The translations under genes and the position numbers were made by a program. Shown here piece by piece: positions 1 to 8,035 of a stretch of 64,000 nt of DNA. Numbering within the stretch: position 1 is the stretch's first letter; the number at the start of each line of letters is the position of its first letter. A model generated the notes under the pieces. It was not told the DNA's origin, ran no database searches, and was given only the letters and a program-made list of their open reading frames with translations. Origin of the DNA: a virus; the IMG/VR virus record IMGVR_UViG_3300050343_000199, positions 128,819 to 192,818 of that record. One strand, given 5' to 3'.

Positions 1-643
1 AGATTCTTTGGAAGTCAAGAATACCATTACGTTCATTTGTTTTCTGCAAATCAGATTGGTTTACATCTCCACAGAAACAGATCTTACTGTCCTGTCCGAT
101 ACGTGTCATGATACTATCAAGTTCATGGAAGTTTAGATTCTGACACTCATCAACAATAACGATTGCATTATCTAGAGTAGTACCACGGAGGAATGAAGTA
201 GACCAGAATGAAATTGTTTCCTGTGCTTTAAGATTTTCATAAAGCATTTCAAAACTATTATCATCTGGCATCTCAAACATATGCTTTACCATATTCTTGT
301 ATGGAATTTGATAAAGAGATGCTTTGTCATCATGAGTTCCAGGGAGGAATCCAATTTCTCTAGTTGCTACAAGAGAACGAACAATATATACTTTTTCAAA
401 AGGAGAATTCTCATTTAGAATATCTTTGAGTGCTAGGTACAAGGCAATGAAAGTTTTACCTGTTCCTGCTGCACCATATGCAAACATGTTCTTTCCTTCT
501 GCCCACTCGGTGAAGAAAACTTCTTGGTTATCTGTTAGGGATTCAATCTCAAGAAGATATGCTTCGTTGATTGGCTTCCTGCGCTTAAGTTGTTTCTTAG
601 ACATCCCTTGTCCGGGTGTCCGATTTGATCTTCCTCTAGCCAT
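1..643 (-). CDS. phoH: PhoH-family ATPase (3' end runs off the window)
   Basis: Hand translation from ATG 643 (MARGRSNR...) to ...WSTSFLRGTTLDNAIVIVDECQNLNFHELDSIMTRIGQDSKICFCGDVNQSDL, typical PhoH motifs; not in ORF track because it is open-ended. Confidence 0.93.
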   Translation of the reverse strand, partial: MARGRSNRTPGQGMSKKQLKRRKPINEAYLLEIESLTDNQEVFFTEWAEGKNMFAYGAAGTGKTFIALYLALKDILNENSPFEKVYIVRSLVATREIGFLPGTHDDKASLYQIPYKNMVKHMFEMPDDNSFEMLYENLKAQETISFWSTSFLRGTTLDNAIVIVDECQNLNFHELDSIMTRIGQDSKICFCGDVNQSDLQKTNERNGILDFQRI

Positions 644-646
644 AAT

Positions 647-910
647 TTACCATTGATACCCATCTTTGTGTTTGGTGGACATACCGTAACCGGGTGCCTC
701 TTTTACTTTAGACATGACATCTTTCCAACCGGGGTGAGACTTAGACATTTTATCACGCCAGTCACCGGCTTCACCAGCACTAGCACAACCTTTTGACCAA
801 TCTTTATCCCAATCAGGGTTCTCTTCTTTCCATACCATGTAATCTTTCATAGACATATGAAGTTCTTTTTCTTCACCTGTCGTGAGATTTTTAACTGGAT
901 AAGTCGGCAT
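647..910 (-). CDS. Conserved cyanophage hypothetical protein (MPTYPVKN...)
   Basis: ORF track 647..940; likely start at internal ATG 910; tightly packed upstream of phoH. Confidence 0.75.
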   Translation of the reverse strand: MPTYPVKNLTTGEEKELHMSMKDYMVWKEENPDWDKDWSKGCASAGEAGDWRDKMSKSHPGWKDVMSKVKEAPGYGMSTKHKDGYQW

Positions 911-1118
911 CTTCCCCCTCCTTCTTTTTATTAAATCCAAATGGACCCGCTAGTTTTTCTTCTAGTGCTACCTTTAATGCAACACCACCAATCGCTTCCA
1001 TAACTTTAAGGACTTGCTCAGGTTTGGCATCCTCCCCCAGTTCCTTAGCGATGTACCAATACTTAGGCCAGAATGTTTCGCCTGCTTTTTGATAGTCTTC
1101 AAGTGTTAATAGTTTCAT
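891..1118 (-). CDS. Conserved cyanophage hypothetical protein
   Basis: ORF track; MKLLTLEDYQKAGETFWPKYWY; start overlaps the thyX stop. Confidence 0.75.
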   Translation of the reverse strand: MKLLTLEDYQKAGETFWPKYWYIAKELGEDAKPEQVLKVMEAIGGVALKVALEEKLAGPFGFNKKKEGEDADLSS

Positions 1119-1753
1119 GTCCACTCCAGTGCTTCAGCACAAATAGGTAATTCTTTCACAAAGACATCGCGACATTGTAATGCGATATCCATATGTTCTT
1201 TCTGCGTTCCATTAGCAGAACGCAATTGGATATAATGAATCCATGAGCGGACTGAGCCCGTCATATAGATTTTGGTTGGTACGGCAAGAGGAAGTACAAA
1301 ACGAGCACACTCCTTTGCAATATTTCTATCAAGCATTTCTTGATAGAGTTTCATTCCCTCATCAAAATGAGCTTTCATTTTAATTTGAAACTCTTGACGG
1401 GTAAACGCATCAATATCATCAATAGAATTCTGACGATTCTTGGTGTCTTGACGCCGAAGTTCTGGAAGAGGAATTGTATCTGCAAGCATAGAACTGTCAG
1501 CATACCGTTGAGAAAACTCTTGATATGTGAAACTCCTATGACGAAGGATTTGAGCCGCTAGACCCCGCGTGGTTTCAATCTCAAGCGTCATGTGTGCCTG
1601 CTCAAAGACGCTCCAATGGTTGTGTTTGATGCAATAGGATAGCAGACCAGCGACCTTAGGGTTCTCCTGGTTGTTCGGGTTGCTCACCCTCGCTACGTAT
1701 CCCATCATCTTCTCCGCATCGGGAGTCACTGTTATGAGTTTCACTGAATTCAT
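1115..1753 (-). CDS. thyX: FAD-dependent thymidylate synthase ThyX
   Basis: RHRSFTYQEFSQRY signature; HWSVFEQ; ARFVLP. Confidence 0.97.
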   Translation of the reverse strand: MNSVKLITVTPDAEKMMGYVARVSNPNNQENPKVAGLLSYCIKHNHWSVFEQAHMTLEIETTRGLAAQILRHRSFTYQEFSQRYADSSMLADTIPLPELRRQDTKNRQNSIDDIDAFTRQEFQIKMKAHFDEGMKLYQEMLDRNIAKECARFVLPLAVPTKIYMTGSVRSWIHYIQLRSANGTQKEHMDIALQCRDVFVKELPICAEALEWT

Positions 1754-1928
1754 TACTAAAACCTTTCTCCTGTTTGCGACGTTGTTGTTTGAGTTTCAAT
1801 GCTATCTTAGCACGAGTTAATTGAATTACCATGTAAGAAATCTCTTCTGCTGTATACAGATTTGGATTTGTCTTTGCTTCTTTGATTGCTTTTTTTGCTA
1901 ATCTAATTTGATCTTTTAGTCGGGTCAT
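1656..1928 (-). CDS. Small basic hypothetical protein; 3' end overlaps thyX
   Basis: ORF track 1656..1958, probable start MTRLKDQ at 1928. Confidence 0.6.
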   Translation of the reverse strand: MTRLKDQIRLAKKAIKEAKTNPNLYTAEEISYMVIQLTRAKIALKLKQQRRKQEKGFSNEFSETHNSDSRCGEDDGIRSEGEQPEQPGEP

Positions 1929-2139
1929 AGTACGCTTTGTAGTAGGCAACAATGCCATCTGTTCTTAGGTTTCCTTGAGATACCCAGTCATGAACACATT
2001 CATAAATGCTCTGGTTAGAATATCTAGGTGATCCATCAGAGCATATTTCAGATCCAAACTTCTTTAGTAGAATGTTTAGTCCCTGTGTTCTGATATCCAT
2101 GCGTTCATCACTGTAGCGCCAATCAGTTGCGATGTCCAT
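1903..2139 (-). CDS. Conserved cyanophage hypothetical protein
   Basis: ORF track, 78 aa, operon-like packing. Confidence 0.7.
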   Translation of the reverse strand: MDIATDWRYSDERMDIRTQGLNILLKKFGSEICSDGSPRYSNQSIYECVHDWVSQGNLRTDGIVAYYKAYYDPTKRSN

Positions 2140-2170
2140 AGTTAAATCACAGATGCATACATTATAACAT

Positions 2171-2196
2171 AAAAAAAGAGGGGTCGCAACCCCTCG
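2171..2196 (-). terminator. Rho-independent terminator
   Basis: GAGGGG-ttgcga-CCCCTC hairpin followed by T7 on the minus strand. Confidence 0.8.
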
Positions 2197-2202
2197 TAAA
2201 AA

Positions 2203-2367
2203 TTAATCTAAAATACTCCTGCATATTCGTTTGCATTGACGTTGATCTAAAGAATCACATTCAATTAGACACTCATAGTAATCATTTAATTTATAATTGT
2301 CCTCTTCCTGTGAATTTTCAAAACTCGTCCACTCATTTAACTGAGAACGGGATAAAAGATTGTGCAT
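2203..2367 (-). CDS. Small Cys-containing hypothetical protein (ECLIEC...QCKRIC)
   Basis: ORF track; SD GAGGTG before ATG 2367. Confidence 0.7.
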   Translation of the reverse strand: MHNLLSRSQLNEWTSFENSQEEDNYKLNDYYECLIECDSLDQRQCKRICRSILD

Positions 2368-2511
2368 TGAACACCTCGTAACATAGAACACATAATAAAG
2401 TGAGGGCGTGGGTTCATTGGTTCTCCTCTAATTCTACCACTATTTAATAGAATTATATTGAAATCAACACCTGTTGTAAAGAATATTATTGCCTACTAGT
2501 TTATACTCATA

Positions 2512-2537
2512 AAAAAAGAGAGGGGTTAACCCTCTCC
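2512..2537 (-). terminator. Rho-independent terminator closing the DUF4278 transcript
   Basis: GAGAGGG-ttaacc-CCTCTC hairpin plus T7 on the minus strand. Confidence 0.8.
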
Positions 2538-2551
2538 CTAAAGTAAGTTGT

Positions 2552-2719
2552 TCACTTGGTGTAAAGTTTACCACGATAACAGAATGTACCATGGGTCTCT
2601 TTGGATTCTACACAACGTGTATTATACTCAACACCACGATATGAGGTGTGAGTAATTTGTGCGTCGTGAAGTGCAGATGCTTTGTTGATCTGCTTACGAA
2701 TCAGATTAAGTGTGTTCAT
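2552..2719 (-). CDS. DUF4278-like small protein, 55 aa (not in ORF track)
   Basis: Hand translation MNTLNLIRKQINKASALHDAQITHTSYRGVEYNTRCVESKETHGTFCYRGKLYTK; two YRG motifs; SD AGGAG at 2728-2732. Confidence 0.85.
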   Translation of the reverse strand: MNTLNLIRKQINKASALHDAQITHTSYRGVEYNTRCVESKETHGTFCYRGKLYTK

Positions 2720-2751
2720 TGTAGTTACTCCTAAAGTAGTTGGAATTTAAT

Positions 2752-2935
2752 CCGTTCCTTTAGTCGTTTGCGTCCCATGGATAGCAATCGGGGGTTGATT
2801 CCTTCATAACTTCAATCAATTCCACCTTCATTTCAGGAGGAATATTCTCATTTGTTTTCATCCGAAACATAATTGAATCGGCTTGAGCACATGAGAGTGT
2901 TGTATAGAATAATAATTCTAGCATGGGATGAACGG
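2752..2935 (-). ncRNA. Glutamine-riboswitch-like aptamer 2 (glnA/Downstream-peptide family) with a 142-nt P2 loop
   Basis: 5' half CCGTTCA-TCCCATG (2935-2922); 3' half CATGGGA-CGCAAACGACTAAAG-GAACGG (2779-2752); P1 6 bp and P2 7 bp perfectly complementary; lies directly upstream of the DUF4278-like gene. Confidence 0.75.
2760..2924 (-). CDS. 54-aa ORF nested inside aptamer 2 (not in ORF track)
   Basis: Codon-by-codon translation MLELLFYTTLSCAQADSIMFRMKTNENIPPEMKVELIEVMKESTPDCYPWDAND*; possible SD GGAG at 2939-2936. Confidence 0.75.
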   Translation of the reverse strand: MLELLFYTTLSCAQADSIMFRMKTNENIPPEMKVELIEVMKESTPDCYPWDAND

Positions 2936-2937
2936 CT

Positions 2938-2982
2938 CCGTTCCGCGACTTACTTGCGTCCCACCCAAGAGTGGGATGAACG
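2938..2982 (-). ncRNA. Glutamine-riboswitch-like aptamer 1
   Basis: CGTTCA-TCCCAC-TCTTGG-GTGGGA-CGCAAGTAAGTCGCG-GAACGG; P1 CGTTC/GAACG, P2 TCCCAC/GTGGGA; begins at the predicted TSS. Confidence 0.75.
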
Positions 2983-2990
2983 ATGGTATT

Positions 2991-3019
2991 AGTATACCAT
3001 ACTATGTATATGATGTCAA
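2991..3019 (-). promoter_or_regulatory. Sigma70-type promoter for the riboswitch cassette
   Basis: TTGACA (3019-3014), 17 nt, TATACT (2996-2991). Confidence 0.88.
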
Positions 3020-3021
3020 CT

Positions 3022-3035
3022 GTATCTGTTGATAC
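3022..3035. promoter_or_regulatory. NtcA-type binding site
   Basis: GTA-N8-TAC (GTATCAACAGATAC on minus), 2 nt upstream of the -35 box. Confidence 0.65.
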
Positions 3036-3038
3036 TGT

Positions 3039-3287
3039 TTACTTTTTGGGTGCTTTCCAAAGGCGAGGACTTATCCTACCTTCTGCCTGTGACATATTTT
3101 TAAAATCTGTCTTATAATTATCCCAATAGTCATCAAAAATATCTACTTGCTTTGCAGCAGTAACAATATCAAACTGAGAAATACCTGCTTGAGAATACTC
3201 AATTAAAAAAGCATTAGTAGGAAGACTTTTGTCTTGTGCTAATGATGGATCACAATTTTTATGTAAAATCGTACATCCTTTTCCCAT
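3039..3287 (-). CDS. Conserved cyanophage hypothetical protein
   Basis: ORF track 3039..3305; probable start ATG 3287 abutting the previous stop. Confidence 0.7.
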   Translation of the reverse strand: MGKGCTILHKNCDPSLAQDKSLPTNAFLIEYSQAGISQFDIVTAAKQVDIFDDYWDNYKTDFKNMSQAEGRISPRLWKAPKK

Positions 3288-3718
3288 TATGATCGTCCTC
3301 CCCATTGAATCTCTGGAAATGCTTGTTCAACACACTGCTTAGTGATCTTCCAACGCTTCCCAAGTTTTTTATCCTTTGCTAGAACCAAAACTCCTGCTTC
3401 TCCTTGACTGAGACCTTCCAGCATTTGGATAAACATAGTTTCACGTTTTGTTTTAGCAATATTAGACCCACCTTTAAAGAAGTGATGTAATAAACGTGCT
3501 TCTTTTTCTAAGATTGTATGCTCAGTTCCATCAGGAGATTCATTCTTTTTGTATGGAGGATCTCCTTCTGGAAGCAATGAGATAATACTCTCATCAAAAT
3601 TAATAATCAAAAGAGATCGCAACGGTTGTGTGTTGTATTCTCTAAGAAGTTTAATCTTTTCGGGTTTCGTTTTTGCGTTTGATACTTTCTGTAGTATCTC
3701 ATGCATCAAAAGTTTCAT
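3287..3718 (-). CDS. Conserved T4-like cyanophage hypothetical protein (MKLLMHEILQKVSNAKTK)
   Basis: ORF track, 143 aa; recognisable core cyanomyophage protein. Confidence 0.8.
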   Translation of the reverse strand: MKLLMHEILQKVSNAKTKPEKIKLLREYNTQPLRSLLIINFDESIISLLPEGDPPYKKNESPDGTEHTILEKEARLLHHFFKGGSNIAKTKRETMFIQMLEGLSQGEAGVLVLAKDKKLGKRWKITKQCVEQAFPEIQWGGRS

Positions 3719-3932
3719 CTGGTTCTTCCTCTATAAATCTCACGGATAAAAGTTCTTCGTTAATAATCATACCATCACCATCATACATTTCTGGATGCAT
3801 TGCCTGCATCTCTTCTTTAGAATAGAAGTAGTCATGCATGAACTGCTTTCCTACCCACCCTACGACAAGTCCGACACATAAGAACAAAAAAGATGCGGTT
3901 GCCGAGAAAAATAGGATTGTTGCCGTTTCCAT
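3699..3932 (-). CDS. Small membrane protein
   Basis: N-terminal hydrophobic helix, acidic tail. Confidence 0.75.
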   Translation of the reverse strand: METATILFFSATASFLFLCVGLVVGWVGKQFMHDYFYSKEEMQAMHPEMYDGDGMIINEELLSVRFIEEEPDETFDA

Positions 3933-3951
3933 TGTTCAACTCCTTAGTGGT

Positions 3952-4134
3952 TTAGTTACGTTCCCACCTCAGTTCAACGTTAAAATATAACTTACGTTTG
4001 AGGAGGGTGATCGTTTTCGTTAACCCAAACCCACCCTTGGGTTTAAGTGATGAATCTTTCGGTTTAGCCCTCCTTAACATGAGCTCTATGCCTTTATTTA
4101 TGTGAAGATCATCACCCTTTCTTGGTTGAGACAT
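3952..4134 (-). CDS. Small basic hypothetical protein
   Basis: ORF track 3952..4149; operon packing. Confidence 0.65.
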   Translation of the reverse strand: MSQPRKGDDLHINKGIELMLRRAKPKDSSLKPKGGFGLTKTITLLKRKLYFNVELRWERN

Positions 4135-4363
4135 ATCCATTCTTAACAAGGTACTTTGCTACGTTAACTAATCCACCATGTTCTACTCCATCAATAATAA
4201 CATGAGGAAACCCTAGGGCGTTAGGATACTTCATCCTAAAATCACTTCTCTCAGAAGGAGAATCAACTAAAGATGTCTCGTATTCTAATTCAGCTCTCTT
4301 AAACAATTCTTTTAGTTGATCGCAATAAAAACATCCTTTAGATGTGTACGCTTTGATCTCCAT
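4112..4363 (-). CDS. Glutaredoxin
   Basis: YTSKGCFYCDQLK (CxxC), FPHVIIDG...GG. Confidence 0.9.
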   Translation of the reverse strand: MEIKAYTSKGCFYCDQLKELFKRAELEYETSLVDSPSERSDFRMKYPNALGFPHVIIDGVEHGGLVNVAKYLVKNGYVSTKKG

Positions 4364-4387
4364 AAGATATGAGCATTAAACTAATTA

Positions 4388-4416
4388 AGTATACCATAAA
4401 AACTTTTTTGTGTCAA
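4388..4416 (-). promoter_or_regulatory. Sigma70-type promoter
   Basis: TTGACA (4416-4411), 17 nt, TATACT (4393-4388). Confidence 0.85.
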
Positions 4417-4469
4417 ATTTTGCCAGAGAAATTTTTACGAGTTTAAGGAAATCAAATACTAAAAAAGGG

Positions 4470-4492
4470 TCAAAGGACCCTTGATGTATTAT
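4470..4492 (-). terminator. Rho-independent terminator
   Basis: AAGGGTC-cttt-GACCCTT plus T run on the minus strand. Confidence 0.7.
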
Positions 4493-4698
4493 TCAGTTTG
4501 TTTGTAAAGTTCTTCCAGTTTTTCTCTAGACAAATCTACATACAACACCTTTTCACCTAGTTGAGGTGCTTCAGGATGTCTCCGAGATCTAGCACCCCAG
4601 TAAATAGATTTAAGATTGTAGTACATAAGAGCAAAAGCACCACCAGTAATGAGAGCGAAGCATACAAAGTAAAGTGTGACTTCAAAACTATTCATCAT
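4489..4698 (-). CDS. Small membrane protein
   Basis: ORF track; TM helix then RRHPEAP. Confidence 0.7.
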   Translation of the reverse strand: MMNSFEVTLYFVCFALITGGAFALMYYNLKSIYWGARSRRHPEAPQLGEKVLYVDLSREKLEELYKQTE

Positions 4699-4916
4699 GC
4701 CTCCTGAAGAGATTGAACTGTGTTGTGAAGTTCTCCAATGTCACGGAGACCTTCAACGCTGAACCATGGGGCATTCGCCCAACTAAATCCTTCACCCATG
4801 GTGCTATCAGGTGCTGTGATATACCAATGACATGCTGTGTCTGGTACATCTACTGCACACTTGGACCAATCATCCTGCCACTGTGGGACTTGCACCCACA
4901 TCAATGCAGCAAACAT
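4695..4916 (-). CDS. Conserved hypothetical protein downstream of psbD
   Basis: ORF track; MFAALMWVQVPQWQDDWSKCAVDVPD. Confidence 0.7.
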   Translation of the reverse strand: MFAALMWVQVPQWQDDWSKCAVDVPDTACHWYITAPDSTMGEGFSWANAPWFSVEGLRDIGELHNTVQSLQEA

Positions 4917-4937
4917 AAAAGTGAAGAGTGATTTAGA

Positions 4938-5993
4938 TCACAGTGCGTTACCTCTTGGTAAAACTTCTTCAGGGAATACGAATGACTCATGTGGTTGATC
5001 AACTGGTGCCAACCATGCACGTAGTCCTTCATTCAATAGGATGTTCTTGGTGTAGAAGGTCTCAAATTCTGGATCTTCTGCTGCTCTGATCTCTTGACTC
5101 ACGAAATCGTAAGCACGAAGATTGAGAGCAAGACCAATAATGCCAATAGAGGATGTCCATAGACCCATAACAGGCACAAACAACATGAAGAAATGAAGCC
5201 ACCGCTTGTTAGAAAACGCAATGCCGAAGATCTGCGACCAGAAGCGGTTTGCAGTGACCATAGAGTAAGTTTCCTCCTCTTGTGTTGAATCAAACGCCTT
5301 AAAGGTGTTTGCTTGATCTCCGTCTTCATACAGTGTATTCTCTACAGTTACGCCATGGATTGCAGATAGCAATGCTCCACCTAGGATACCAGCAACACCC
5401 ATCATATGGAATGGGTTGAGCGTCCAGTTATGGAAGCCCTGTAGGAAGAGTAGGAACCTAAATATCGCTGCAACACCAAACGACGGTGCAAAGAACCAAC
5501 TGGACTGTCCGAGAGGATAGATGAGAAACACACTGACAAAAACAGCGATAGGCCCAGAGAACGCAATAGCATTGTACGGTCGGATACCAATGAGACGTGC
5601 CAGTTCAAACTGACGGAGCATGAAACCAATTAGGGCGAAGGCACCGTGGAGAGCCACGAAATTCCATAGTCCCCCAAGTTGGATCCACCTGACGAAATCC
5701 CCTTGAGCTTCAGGACCCCAAAGTAGAAGAAGAGAATGACCCATAGCATCAGCAGGCGTTGAGACAGCCGCTGTAAGGAAATTAGCACCCTCAAGGTACG
5801 AACTTGCAAGTCCGTGGGTGTACCAACTCGTAGCAAATGTTGTGCCCGTAAGCCAGCCACCAATTGCAAGATAAGCAGTGGGAAGAAGAAGTAATCCAGA
5901 CCAACCCACAAAGACAAAGCGATCCCGTTTAAGCCAGTCATCCAGGATATCAAACCATCCCCTCCGTTGTTGTTGTAATGTTGACGCTACCAT
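4938..5993 (-). CDS. psbD: Photosystem II D2 protein
   Basis: [16 protein letters not shown] ... [10 protein letters not shown]; 351 aa, uninterrupted. Confidence 0.99.
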   Translation of the reverse strand: MVASTLQQQRRGWFDILDDWLKRDRFVFVGWSGLLLLPTAYLAIGGWLTGTTFATSWYTHGLASSYLEGANFLTAAVSTPADAMGHSLLLLWGPEAQGDFVRWIQLGGLWNFVALHGAFALIGFMLRQFELARLIGIRPYNAIAFSGPIAVFVSVFLIYPLGQSSWFFAPSFGVAAIFRFLLFLQGFHNWTLNPFHMMGVAGILGGALLSAIHGVTVENTLYEDGDQANTFKAFDSTQEEETYSMVTANRFWSQIFGIAFSNKRWLHFFMLFVPVMGLWTSSIGIIGLALNLRAYDFVSQEIRAAEDPEFETFYTKNILLNEGLRAWLAPVDQPHESFVFPEEVLPRGNAL

Positions 5994-6079
5994 TTTTTGT
6001 TTCCTTTATTTAAAAATGTTCAGACACATTAGAATAGTAGCACACAGAGTATGGGAACTACTAGAGTAAGAATGCCTAT

Positions 6080-6108
6080 AAAAAACCCCCCCACATATGT
6101 GAGGGGGT
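6080..6108 (-). terminator. Terminator between psbA and psbD
   Basis: CCCCCTCAC-atat-GTGGGGGGG plus T run on the minus strand. Confidence 0.7.
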
Positions 6109-6128
6109 GGAGACTACCAGAGGTTGTA

Positions 6129-7208
6129 TCATCCAATGGTAGGTGCCTGAAGTGCAACAGGAGTTGACTCAACAGCTGCTAGGTCAAGTGGGAAGTTGTG
6201 TGCGTTACGCTCATGCATAACTTCCATACCCAAACCTGCGCGGTTCAATACGTCTGCCCAGGTGTTGAGCACACGACCCTGACCATCAAGGATGGACTGG
6301 TTGAAGTTGAAACCGTTGAGGTTGAACGCCATCGTGGAGACACCAAGTGCGGTGAACCAGATGCCAACAACTGGCCATGCAGCAAGGAAGAAGTGCAATG
6401 AACGTGAGTTGTTGAATGATGCGTATTGGAAGATCAAGCGACCGAAGTACCCGTGGGCAGCAACGATGTTGTATGTCTCTTCTTCTTGACCGAACTTGTA
6501 ACCGTAGTTCTGTGACTCTGTTTCAGTTGTTTCACGAACAAGTGAGGAAGTAACGAGACTTCCATGCATAGCAGAGAAAAGAGATCCACCGAATACCCCA
6601 GCAACACCGAGCATATGGAACGGGTGCATAAGGATGTTGTGTTCTGCTTGGAATACAAGCATGTAGTTAAAAGTACCAGAGATACCAAGAGGCATAGCAT
6701 CGGAGAAAGAACCTTGACCGAAAGGATAGACGAGGAATACTGCACTCGCAGCAGCGACTGGTGCCGAGTAGGCAACACAGATCCATGGACGCATACCTAA
6801 ACGGTATGACAGTTCCCATTCACGTCCCATATATGCAAAGATACCAATGAGGAAGTGAAAGATAACCAGTTGGAAAGGACCACCATTGTAAAGCCATTCA
6901 TCCAAAGATGCTGCTTCCCAGATGGGGTAGAAGTGAAGACCGATTGCGTTTGAAGAAGGAACAACTGCACCAGAGATGATGTTGTTACCATACATGAGTG
7001 AACCAGCTACGGGTTCACGGATACCGTCAATGTCCACGGGGGGAGCAGCGACGAAAGCGACGATGAAACAGATAGTTGCAGCAAGCAACGTAGGAATCAT
7101 CAGTACGCCGAACCAACCAACATACAGACGGTTGTTGGTAGAAGTTACCCACTCGCAGAAGTTATCCCACGAAGAGGCAGATTGTTGCCTTGAAAGAGTT
7201 GAAGCCAT
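6129..7208 (-). CDS. psbA: Photosystem II D1 protein
   Basis: [15 protein letters not shown] ... [13 protein letters not shown]; 359 aa, no intron. Confidence 0.99.
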   Translation of the reverse strand: MASTLSRQQSASSWDNFCEWVTSTNNRLYVGWFGVLMIPTLLAATICFIVAFVAAPPVDIDGIREPVAGSLMYGNNIISGAVVPSSNAIGLHFYPIWEAASLDEWLYNGGPFQLVIFHFLIGIFAYMGREWELSYRLGMRPWICVAYSAPVAAASAVFLVYPFGQGSFSDAMPLGISGTFNYMLVFQAEHNILMHPFHMLGVAGVFGGSLFSAMHGSLVTSSLVRETTETESQNYGYKFGQEEETYNIVAAHGYFGRLIFQYASFNNSRSLHFFLAAWPVVGIWFTALGVSTMAFNLNGFNFNQSILDGQGRVLNTWADVLNRAGLGMEVMHERNAHNFPLDLAAVESTPVALQAPTIG

Positions 7209-7320
7209 TGTTTTGAAAAAAGTAAGATCATCAGGGAGATGATGGTTTTACTATTCCTCTGCGCCCTAGGCAGAGGTATGAAAGACGTGTTTATACACCC
7301 TATAGGTCTTGGTTTGAGGA
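7209..7320 (-). ncRNA. Structured psbA 5' leader (PhotoRC-II-like motif)
   Basis: Several hairpins (CTCTG/CAGAG, CATCA-tctccc-TGATG) in the psbA 5' UTR; family name recalled, needs an Rfam search. Confidence 0.6.
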
Positions 7321-7372
7321 GTGTTACGAACCGTTAAGAAATATGTTGATTCCTTAACTAACCGATGTATTT

Positions 7373-7401
7373 AGTATAGCAGGTGGTCGGTTTCCCGTCA
7401 A
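7373..7401 (-). promoter_or_regulatory. Sigma70-type psbA promoter
   Basis: TTGACG (7401-7396), 17 nt, TATACT (7378-7373). Confidence 0.8.
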
Positions 7402-7531
7402 CCCTTAAAAGATGAGTACTTGTACTTATTTCTAAGGGGGTGCTTGGGGACCTTGTGCTTTGGGTTTCTTTTCAAATCCTTTTTAAGATCCGCAAGAAAC
7501 CTAAGGTGCTGCTTGGTGTTGGTGGATGGTA

Positions 7532-7708
7532 TCAGAATGATGCGTCCTCAACACTGTATTCAGTATAGCATGATTCTATCTCCCAGTGCTCCCAATCCAC
7601 CTCTTTTTTTGCCAGCATTTGTTCCAGTTCTTCGGTTGTCACACTGTGCTTGATGACTTCCGTTGACTTAACATTTTTTTTATAAATGTGAAATACTCTG
7701 TCGTTCAT
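7532..7708 (-). CDS. Small hypothetical protein, 58 aa (not in ORF track)
   Basis: Hand translation MNDRVFHIYKKNVKSTEVIKHSVTTEELEQMLAKKEVDWEHWEIESCYTEYSVEDASF*. Confidence 0.65.
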   Translation of the reverse strand: MNDRVFHIYKKNVKSTEVIKHSVTTEELEQMLAKKEVDWEHWEIESCYTEYSVEDASF

Positions 7709-7725
7709 GTAATTTATTGAAAAGA

Positions 7726-7760
7726 AAAAAGGGACCTTCTGTTATGTGGCAGAGGTCCCT
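7726..7760 (-). terminator. Terminator after the hli operon
   Basis: GGGACC-TCTG...CAGA-AGGTCCC plus T run on the minus strand. Confidence 0.65.
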
Positions 7761-7784
7761 TGCGGCGACGATATATTCTATTTA

Positions 7785-7928
7785 TTAGTTGGTAGGAACC
7801 ATAATAGGTGTCATCATTCCGCCATCACCTCCACCATCACCATCATCATCAGATTGTCTTATAATCAATAGCATAAAATTTGCTACCATAAATCCAACTA
7901 TTAATGCTAGGAAGTTAGAGGTGTCCAT
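7785..7928 (-). CDS. Small membrane protein with D/G-rich tail, 47 aa
   Basis: Hand translation MDTSNFLALIVGFMVANFMLLIIRQSDDDGDGGGDGGMMTPIMVPTN*. Confidence 0.7.
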   Translation of the reverse strand: MDTSNFLALIVGFMVANFMLLIIRQSDDDGDGGGDGGMMTPIMVPTN

Positions 7929-8035
7929 CACCAAATACCTGGGATGAGTTGTCCTGTAGTTGCATAGCTACCGATAGCAGCGATGACTCCGAGCATTGCT
8001 GCCCAACCGTTGATGCGTTCTGCGTTTTCGTTCAT
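7928..8035 (-). CDS. hli: High-light-inducible protein, 35 aa (not in ORF track)
   Basis: MNENAERINGWAAMLGVIAAIGSYATTGQLIPGIW; AExxNGxxAM chlorophyll-binding motif. Confidence 0.92.
   Translation of the reverse strand: MNENAERINGWAAMLGVIAAIGSYATTGQLIPGIW

Noticed and set aside
1656-1753. 98-nt overlap of a small basic ORF with the thyX 5' end
   Set aside because: Tail looks like non-functional run-on; short overlaps are common in this genome
2341-2421. 26-aa upstream ORF with SD GAGGAG (MNPRPHFIM...)
   Set aside because: Too short, with no recognisable feature; needs conservation data
4938-7208. Search for group I introns or homing endonucleases in psbA, psbD, nrdA, nrdB, thyX
   Set aside because: All are uninterrupted and of normal length
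5099-7242. Several alternative-frame and antisense ORFs within psbA and psbD
   Set aside because: Expected shadows of GC-richer, codon-biased genes; no SD or protein-like features
7398-7538. Lys/His-rich open frame on minus (ILIPSTNTKQHLRFLADLKKDLKRNPK...)
   Set aside because: No ATG/GTG/TTG start; could be a decayed gene or ATT initiation, but it cannot be supported from sequence alone
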